DNA of 49,075 nt from Candidatus Zipacnadia bacterium (GTDB taxonomy: Bacteria > Armatimonadota > Zipacnadia > Zipacnadales > UBA11051): positions 1,682-50,756 of the forward strand of contig JALGTY010000003.1 in NCBI GenBank assembly GCA_029821145.1, given 5' to 3'. The position numbers and the translations under genes are program-made. Position 1 is the first letter of the stretch, and each line of letters opens with the position of its first letter. The notes under the pieces are model-generated. The model did not search any database and was not told the origin of the DNA. It worked only from the letters and a program-made list of their open reading frames with translations. Shown here one piece after another: positions 27,926 to 33,449 of this stretch.

Positions 27926-29199
27926 ACTGCGACACGCAAGAAGCCGGCGGCTTCGAAGTAGAAGCGGCCGCCCGCCCGGTGCCCGTGCCGGCCGGCTCAG
28001 TTCCAAAGCCCTATGGCATATTCGCCAGCGCGTTCTTGATTGACCTGGCGGTGGCCTGCTTGATGCTCTCGCTGCAGTTCTTGGCTGTCAGCATGGGGGC
28101 GATCCCCCGCGTGCTGGGAATGATAGGAGCTTTTGGCAGCGGCGGGTACGCGGCAACATGCGTTCTTGCCGGCGGCGTAGCCGACCGCATCGGCCGCAAA
28201 CGCAGCGCGACGATCGGCATATTCAGCGCAGCAGTAATATGGCTTCTTTATACCAGAGCGCCGAATCCCTACTGGCTGCTGGCCATGGTGCCGTTTGGCG
28301 GGGCCGCACTGGGGATGGTGTGGCCGGCTGTCCAGGCGTGGCTTGCCGAGCGCACCGCAAGCGGACAAAGGGCACTGAACAGGAATCTGGGGCTGTTCAA
28401 CGTCTCCTGGTCCGCCGGATTGCTGATAGGGCCGCTGGTTGCCGGTTATATATGGCGTGACGACTTCCGCGCTCTGCCATTCGTCTTATGCGCCGCCACA
28501 GGTGGCGTGGTAGTGATAGTGCTGCTGCTCACGCCTGGTGGCGGACCCGGTGTGCGGCAGCAACGACAAAGCGCCGCTGATGACGCTGATAGCACACATG
28601 AGCATGCCTGGTGGCCGGTTTTCATGAGGCTTGCGTGGCTGGGTAACTTCTCGAGCTGGTTTGCCGGCGCCACAATACAGACGATGTTTCCCAAGCTCGG
28701 CCTGAGTGCGGAGATGGCGCTAAGCCACCGTCTGGTGGGGATAGTGATATTCTGCTACTGGGGCGCGCTCATGGGGGCATTTTTCCTGGCCCGTACTACG
28801 CAGCGCTGGCAGTTCAAGATATGGCCCCTGCTGGTGGCGGAGGCCGTCTCCATCGTGGGGATGGTCTATGCCGCTGTGTACGCGAACTCGGCGATAGCCT
28901 TCGGTGTCTGCTTTGCGATATCGGGCGGCGCAGCAGGAGTGACCTATGTCAGTAGTCTGTTCTACAGCATCACTGGGCCTCCTGAAAGCTGTGGCAAGCG
29001 CACCGGATTCCACGAGGCGATTTTGGGTGTGGGTTCGCTGGCCGGTGGGCTTATCAGTGGCGAGGTTGCCACGATGTTCGGCTTGCGCACACCATACCTG
29101 GCGGTGGCAACGATCATATTATTGGTCGTTTTAGCGCAGGCCCTGGTCTGGACCAGTCGCGCCCGGGCCACGGGGTCGCATTATTCACCGAACGCGTAG
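27922..29199 (+). CDS. MFS transporter
   Basis: 425-aa ORF with about 12 TM segments and the GGVADRIGRKRS loop motif. Its ATG overlaps the upstream TGA as ATGA (27922-27925). Confidence 0.85.
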   Translation: MNCDTQEAGGFEVEAAARPVPVPAGSVPKPYGIFASAFLIDLAVACLMLSLQFLAVSMGAIPRVLGMIGAFGSGGYAATCVLAGGVADRIGRKRSATIGIFSAAVIWLLYTRAPNPYWLLAMVPFGGAALGMVWPAVQAWLAERTASGQRALNRNLGLFNVSWSAGLLIGPLVAGYIWRDDFRALPFVLCAATGGVVVIVLLLTPGGGPGVRQQRQSAADDADSTHEHAWWPVFMRLAWLGNFSSWFAGATIQTMFPKLGLSAEMALSHRLVGIVIFCYWGALMGAFFLARTTQRWQFKIWPLLVAEAVSIVGMVYAAVYANSAIAFGVCFAISGGAAGVTYVSSLFYSITGPPESCGKRTGFHEAILGVGSLAGGLISGEVATMFGLRTPYLAVATIILLVVLAQALVWTSRARATGSHYSPNA

Positions 29200-29337
29200 C
29201 TCGGCCTGAGCTTTGTGTTGTTGGCAAAGCTCAGGTGAGAATGGGGGTACCCGCGCCGCGGGCGTGGGTCAATTCTCAGCTTCCCGTTCGACAGGCTCAC
29301 GGCCCTGAGCAACGTCGAAGGGCAGCCCGAGGTCGTT
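29179..29337 (-). repeat. modular interspersed repeat, copy 2
   Basis: The 5' module cattattcaccgaacgcgtagctcggcc and the 3' module attctcagcttcccgttcgacaggctcacggccctgagcaacgtcgaagggcagcccgaggtcgtt equal the reverse complement of copy 1. The internal 11-bp-stem hairpin is at 29205-29235. Confidence 0.85.
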
Positions 29338-29537
29338 GCGCATGGAGCCGGTCACACACCATTAAGGGCATCATAGCCGCCGGCTGGCCGATGCGGCCCG
29401 CTTTGCGGCGGTAAGGTGTGAGGCCGGCTCGCTTGCCGAGTATGCTATACTGCAAGCGAAGGTCGCCCTGCTGCCGGGCTATAAGCTGATTGGGCACGAG
29501 TTGATGCCGGCTTGCCTTGGTCGTGGTTGAAGCCGAA

Positions 29538-29684
29538 TCAGGCGGCCCCGCGGCGCGCAGAGCGGCGAACGCGGGCCATCTTAGCCTGACGCTTGTCAGC
29601 CTTTCCGGCCGCAACGCAAGCGGCGACAGCACAAGTACCCAGAACAAACCAGACGGCGAGTACGCCGTAGATCACGTAGAGCAT
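29538..29684 (-). CDS. candidate 48-aa small membrane protein (below the ORF-track cutoff)
   Basis: ATG 29684, TGA 29538-29540, translated by hand as MLYVIYGVLAVWFVLGTCAVAACVAAGKADKRQAKMARVRRSARRGAA. AGGAAGG lies 10 nt upstream. The protein is one TM helix plus a basic tail. Confidence 0.35.
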   Translation of the reverse strand: MLYVIYGVLAVWFVLGTCAVAACVAAGKADKRQAKMARVRRSARRGAA

Positions 29685-29780
29685 ATGTCAGCCGCCTTCC
29701 TGAGAAGCCTTTCTCATATAGGTATATCGGCCGACACTGGCCACAACTTTAGGATAAATTGCGGTTTGGGGAGGTGAGCC

Positions 29781-30698
29781 GTGACTCCTGCCGCGGCCCA
29801 ATTCGACATCCGACCGATGGGACTTGCTGATATCCTGGACAGTTCCATACGCCTGTACCGGCACAATTTCGGGCCGTTTCTGGGCATTGTGGCCATCGCC
29901 TGGGCACCGGCGCTGGCAATACAGCTTTACGCGATGCATTGGTACATGTCGCTTTTCATATCCGGGCAGCCCTCGGAAGTTGACTTCCTGTCGCTGGCCG
30001 GTGGTGCGATGGCGCTGGTACTGGCCTCCGCGGTGGTATATCTGGTCGCAGTGCCGCTCGCCCAGGGGGCGCTGATCTGGGCGATCTCAAAAAGGTACCT
30101 GGGGCAGACGATTGGCATTGGCGAGGCATATCGGGTGGTGGTGGACAAGCTCGGTCACATAGTCCTGGCGATCATTCTGACGAGTCTAATCGCCTTCTTG
30201 GGTACGCTCGCTTGCGTCATCCCGGGCATAGTCTTTGCGTTTATGTTTTCGTTCACGATTCCCGAGGTGGTTCTAGGGAACCGTAACGCCGTGGACGCGA
30301 TGAGGCGAAGTTGGGAGCTGGCCGCCTATGATTTCTGGAAAGTGGTGCTGACGCTATTTGTGCTCAGTCTGCTTGTTGGGATAATTGGAGCGGCTCTGGG
30401 CGCGCCGTTTCAATGGGTGACCATGATACCGGTGCCCGCGGAGAAGATGACGCTACTTTATACTTTTTCGGGGGGCATGCGTGGTCTGGTCCAGGTGATA
30501 TTGCAGCCGGTGCAGATTGTGGGGACGATTCTGTTGTATTATGATCTGCGGATTCGCAAGGAAGGCTTCGATATTCAACTGCTTGCTGAGACAGTGGAGA
30601 AAGAGGGCGGGACAGTCGCCGCACAGCCGACGCCGAGTTTGCTGGCCGATGATACGCCGCCGCTGCCACCGAAGATAGACCGCGGCTACGATGAATGA
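29781..30698 (+). CDS. polytopic membrane protein (GPDPase_memb / UPF0259-like)
   Basis: GTG 29781 lies 6 nt after GGAGG 29770-29774. The N-terminal LADILDSSIRLYRHNFGPFLGIVAI and 5-6 TM segments fit the family. The C-tail is Pro-rich. Confidence 0.6.
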   Translation: MTPAAAQFDIRPMGLADILDSSIRLYRHNFGPFLGIVAIAWAPALAIQLYAMHWYMSLFISGQPSEVDFLSLAGGAMALVLASAVVYLVAVPLAQGALIWAISKRYLGQTIGIGEAYRVVVDKLGHIVLAIILTSLIAFLGTLACVIPGIVFAFMFSFTIPEVVLGNRNAVDAMRRSWELAAYDFWKVVLTLFVLSLLVGIIGAALGAPFQWVTMIPVPAEKMTLLYTFSGGMRGLVQVILQPVQIVGTILLYYDLRIRKEGFDIQLLAETVEKEGGTVAAQPTPSLLADDTPPLPPKIDRGYDE

Positions 30699-30752
30699 AG
30701 AACCCGGTTACTTGTGACCGCAGCACAGAGCCGCCTGGTGTGAATCAGAGAT

Positions 30753-31193
30753 ATGGAAACACCACAACGACCGGCTGTCCTCTACACTGACGGCGCTGCC
30801 AGGGGCAACCCGGGGCCTGCAGGGGCGGGATTTGTGCTTTATGGCCCGGACGGCGAAGCGTTGGCAAACGGGAGCATCCCCTTGGGAGAGGCGACCAATA
30901 ACGTAGCCGAATACCGCGCGCTGATCGCCGGGTTGCACGAGGCCAGCGCCAGGGGGATCAAACACCTGTGCGTGCGAACTGACAGTGAGCTGGTGTGTCG
31001 GCAGCTCAACGGCCAGTACCGGGTGAAGTCCGACAATATCAGGCAGTTTTACGAGTGGGCGCGGCGTTTGATGCAGCGCTTCGAAAGCATCGAGATACAG
31101 CATGTGCCACGGGATGAAAATGCAGAGGCCGACCGGCTTGCCGGCGACGCCGCCAGGCGTGCGGAGAAAGATGGCCATGAGCGAAAGAGTTGA
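30753..31193 (+). CDS. rnhA: ribonuclease HI (short, archaeal/actinobacterial-like type 1)
   Basis: LYTDGAARGNPGPAGAG, NNVAEYRALIAGL, TDSELV and QHVPRDENAEADRLA motifs. Confidence 0.85.
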   Translation: METPQRPAVLYTDGAARGNPGPAGAGFVLYGPDGEALANGSIPLGEATNNVAEYRALIAGLHEASARGIKHLCVRTDSELVCRQLNGQYRVKSDNIRQFYEWARRLMQRFESIEIQHVPRDENAEADRLAGDAARRAEKDGHERKS

Positions 31194-31638
31194 AGGCCTC
31201 AGGTCGGCCAACTGGATCATCCCTGCTCAGCTCCTGGCCACAGCCCAGCCCAGCGAAGCCGAGATGCTGCGACTGGCAGAGCTGGGGATAACCACAATGA
31301 TCGCGCTCTTGGAGTACCCGCCTCCGGCTGCTGCAGCGCTGCGGCACGGAATCAAATACCGGCATCTGAGCTACCATGATATGACTCCGCCTTCGGATGA
31401 GTTGATCGTAGAGTTTGTAGGGCTGGTGGATGCGGCGCTTGTCAAGGGTGAAAAGGTGGCGGTGCATTGCGTGGCGGGGCTAGGGCGGACCGGAACGTTG
31501 ATATCGTGTTATCTCGTGTACCAGGGCATGGGCGCAGAGGCAGCCATCGCTTATGTGCGAGCGCAACGGCCTGGCTCGGTGCAAACAGCAGCTCAGGAGT
31601 TGGCTGTAATGCGCTATGCCGGCCAGTGTACAAAGTAA
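31171..31638 (+). CDS. Cys-dependent dual-specificity/tyrosine phosphatase-fold protein
   Basis: HCVAGLGRTGTLISCYLV contains the CX5R P-loop. ATG 31171 (or 31177) lies inside the RNase HI ORF, with GGAG at 31163-31166. Confidence 0.8.
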   Translation: MAMSERVEGLRSANWIIPAQLLATAQPSEAEMLRLAELGITTMIALLEYPPPAAAALRHGIKYRHLSYHDMTPPSDELIVEFVGLVDAALVKGEKVAVHCVAGLGRTGTLISCYLVYQGMGAEAAIAYVRAQRPGSVQTAAQELAVMRYAGQCTK

Positions 31639-31702
31639 CGCAAGACTATCGAACTATGCCGGAGCAAGTGCGTCTAACAAAGAAGAATTTGTGCAGTTTG
31701 AT

Positions 31703-31731
31703 TTGACAGTGACGTGCAGTAGTGCTATTAT
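31703..31731 (+). promoter_or_regulatory. near-consensus sigma70-like promoter
   Basis: TTGACA (31703-31708), 17-nt spacer, TATTAT (31726-31731), within a locally AT-rich island. Confidence 0.6.
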
Positions 31732-31737
31732 ATTATT

Positions 31738-31816
31738 GGTGGGTTCGGGGGGGGACGCGATGGAATCAACAGTCAAGATGCGTTGCCTGTCGGCAGCCTA
31801 TCGGCAGGTCTTTTAA
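31738..31816 (+). ncRNA. candidate small RNA or 5' leader (unclassified), containing an 18-codon mini-ORF
   Basis: It is bounded by the promoter above and the terminator below. It contains a G8 tract (31747-31754) and the mini-ORF ATG 31760 to TAA 31816 (MESTVKMRCLSAAYRQVF). Confidence 0.4.
31786..31814 (+). terminator. intrinsic terminator
   Basis: cctgtcgg / tcggcagg forms an 8-bp stem (2 G-U pairs) with the 7-nt loop cagccta, followed by TCTTTT. Confidence 0.55.
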
Positions 31817-31843
31817 TTTGCAGCACAAGATGAAGAGCCGCCC

Positions 31844-31881
31844 CCTGCATCAGCGCCGGCTTTCACAGCAGGCGTTTTTTT
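31844..31881 (+). terminator. second, weaker terminator-like hairpin plus T7 run
   Basis: cctgc...gcagg is a 5-bp stem with a 19-nt loop, followed by cgTTTTTTT (31875-31881). Confidence 0.3.
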
Positions 31882-31930
31882 GAGCCATTGCGCTGGTCAA
31901 TTATTAGGCCGATAAGGAGTGGAAGAAAAA

Positions 31931-32719
31931 ATGAGTCGTCGGAAGTGGAGTAGAGAGAAGATCATTCAGACAATCAACGATCTGCACATGGCAGGCCATT
32001 CACTGAGCACGCGCAGAATGGCGGAACTGGGCTACAGTGGCATGGTAACAACGGCTTACAAGGAGGAATTCTTTGGGAGCTGGCGCGACGCCATACGAGC
32101 CGCCGGGCTCGACCCCAAGGAAGTGTGCAAGCGCAAGCGCAAGTGGACGGAAGAACGCATCGTACAAGAGATACAGCGACTGTACCGCGAAGGCGAAGAC
32201 CTTTCGCACAGCGCCGCAAAGCGGCATCACCAGTACCTTGTAGTAGTAGCCGTTGATGACCGCATGTTCGGCAGTTGGCGAAATGCGATTGAGGCCGCCG
32301 GTCTCGACTACGAAAAGATCAGCAAGCACCGCTTCTGGAGCAAAGACCGGATCATCGAGGACATCAAGGAACTCCATGCCAAAGGTGAGGACCTCAGCCA
32401 CGAGGCAGCCAAGAACAGCCATGGCGCACTTGTTTCGGCCGCCAGTAGTAAGCGATATTTCGGTAGCTGGCGCGGAGCCGTTGAGGCCGCTGGCCTCGAC
32501 TACGCCAAGATCCGCAAGATCAACCGTTGGACTGAGGAGAAGATCATCAGTACCATCCGCAACCTGCACACTCAGGGCAAGTCGGTTAACAACAGCAATA
32601 TGCGCCGTATGGGCTACCGCGGCATGATGGAGGCTGCCAGCCGTGAGAGCAACTTCGGCAGTTGGGCAGCCGCTGTCGCGGCCGCCGGCCTCGACTACGA
32701 TGTAGTTCGCAAGTCATAG
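31931..32719 (+). CDS. protein made of four tandem 64-66-aa repeats (W-x-E/D-x-I-I..L...G..L......FGSW..A..AAGLD), resembling the homing-endonuclease-associated (HNH_repeat) module
   Basis: I prefer ATG 31931, 11 nt after AAGGAG 31914-31919. The ORF-track GTG 31919 overlaps the RBS. Repeats begin near nt 31940, 32138, 32330 and 32522. No other domain is visible. Confidence 0.75.
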   Translation: MSRRKWSREKIIQTINDLHMAGHSLSTRRMAELGYSGMVTTAYKEEFFGSWRDAIRAAGLDPKEVCKRKRKWTEERIVQEIQRLYREGEDLSHSAAKRHHQYLVVVAVDDRMFGSWRNAIEAAGLDYEKISKHRFWSKDRIIEDIKELHAKGEDLSHEAAKNSHGALVSAASSKRYFGSWRGAVEAAGLDYAKIRKINRWTEEKIISTIRNLHTQGKSVNNSNMRRMGYRGMMEAASRESNFGSWAAAVAAAGLDYDVVRKS

Positions 32720-32821
32720 GACAAGCCCAGAGTAGTCACCTGGAAGTCGGTAGGTTCAAGACACGCCAGGTCGCAATGGGTTACAGGCACCGCCCAACCC
32801 AAAGCGGTTACACCTACCCCG

Positions 32822-32915
32822 CATTATTCGTCAACGCGTAGCTCGGCCTGCCGTGAGCCTGTCGAAGGACAGGTGAGAATTCGTGAGCATTCTCAGCTTC
32901 CAGCCCGAGGTAGTT
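32822..32915 (-). repeat. modular interspersed repeat, copy 3 (shortened)
   Basis: It carries cattattcgtcaacgcgtagctcggcc, then cgtgagcctgtcgaaggacaggtgagaat, then attctcagcttccagcccgaggtagtt. The end modules are the same as in copy 2. Confidence 0.75.
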
Positions 32916-32937
32916 GGGACGCAGGAGTATGACTCGT

Positions 32938-33417
32938 ATGGTGCAGATGTTTGTCAACAGGGTGGGACTTGACCTGCACAAGCGGGCGTTCGTGGTACTT
33001 GCCGACGCCGAGCAACAACGCTTCTTGCCGATACTAATCGGCCCGTTCGAGGCGCGTGCTATTGCGATGGCCACCCAGACACCCGGCGAACGTCCGATGA
33101 CCCATGAGTTGCTCGGCTCGGTTATCCAGACGATGGGATGCAGCCTGGCCCGCATTGAGATAACCGAGCTCAAAGGTCAGGTGTTTTACGCGTTCCTGCG
33201 GCTGAAGGGAAGCGACGGAAGCTACGAAGTTGATGCGCGGCCCAGTGATGCCATTGCCCTGGCGCTCTACGCCGAGGCGCCGATCTTTGTTGCCGAGCAG
33301 GTTCTGGATGAGGCGGTAGTACTGAGCGCGGAAGCCGAAGAAGAAGAGAAAGATGAATTCCGTGACCTGCTTTCCGGCCTCTTCTCAGACGATGACGCTC
33401 TGGACGAAACCAGCTAA
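32938..33417 (+). CDS. bifunctional nuclease family protein (BFN/DUF151)
   Basis: LPILIGPFEARAI, ERPMTHELL and VDARPSDAIALAL motifs, with an acidic tail. I prefer ATG 32938, 10 nt after AGGAG 32923-32927. The ORF track starts at TTG 32914. Confidence 0.8.
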   Translation: MVQMFVNRVGLDLHKRAFVVLADAEQQRFLPILIGPFEARAIAMATQTPGERPMTHELLGSVIQTMGCSLARIEITELKGQVFYAFLRLKGSDGSYEVDARPSDAIALALYAEAPIFVAEQVLDEAVVLSAEAEEEEKDEFRDLLSGLFSDDDALDETS

Positions 33418-33449
33418 CCCGGTCCCCAATAAGTAGGAGGCTCTTCTAA

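Noticed and set aside
29297-29647. 116-aa minus-strand ORF in the MFS-downstream gap.
   Set aside because: It has a TTG start without an RBS, is Arg/Ala/Pro-rich, and runs through repeat copy 2. The 48-codon ORF in another frame is the better candidate.
31616-31816. 66-aa ORF spanning the end of the phosphatase gene, the promoter and the mini-ORF.
   Set aside because: It would have to be translated across a consensus promoter. Only its last 18 codons, from ATG 31760, have an upstream purine/G-rich tract and lie inside the predicted transcript.
31738-31816. Assignment of the leader to a known riboswitch class (fluoride, guanidine-II/III, preQ1, c-di-GMP, ZTP and SAM-II were considered).
   Set aside because: I could not find the conserved cores of any of these by eye. 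For example, there are no paired ACGR loops, no GGCGAUG...CUGAUG fluoride core and no ZTP GGGUCGUGA/CCGCCUGGGCA motifs. This needs cmsearch for certainty.
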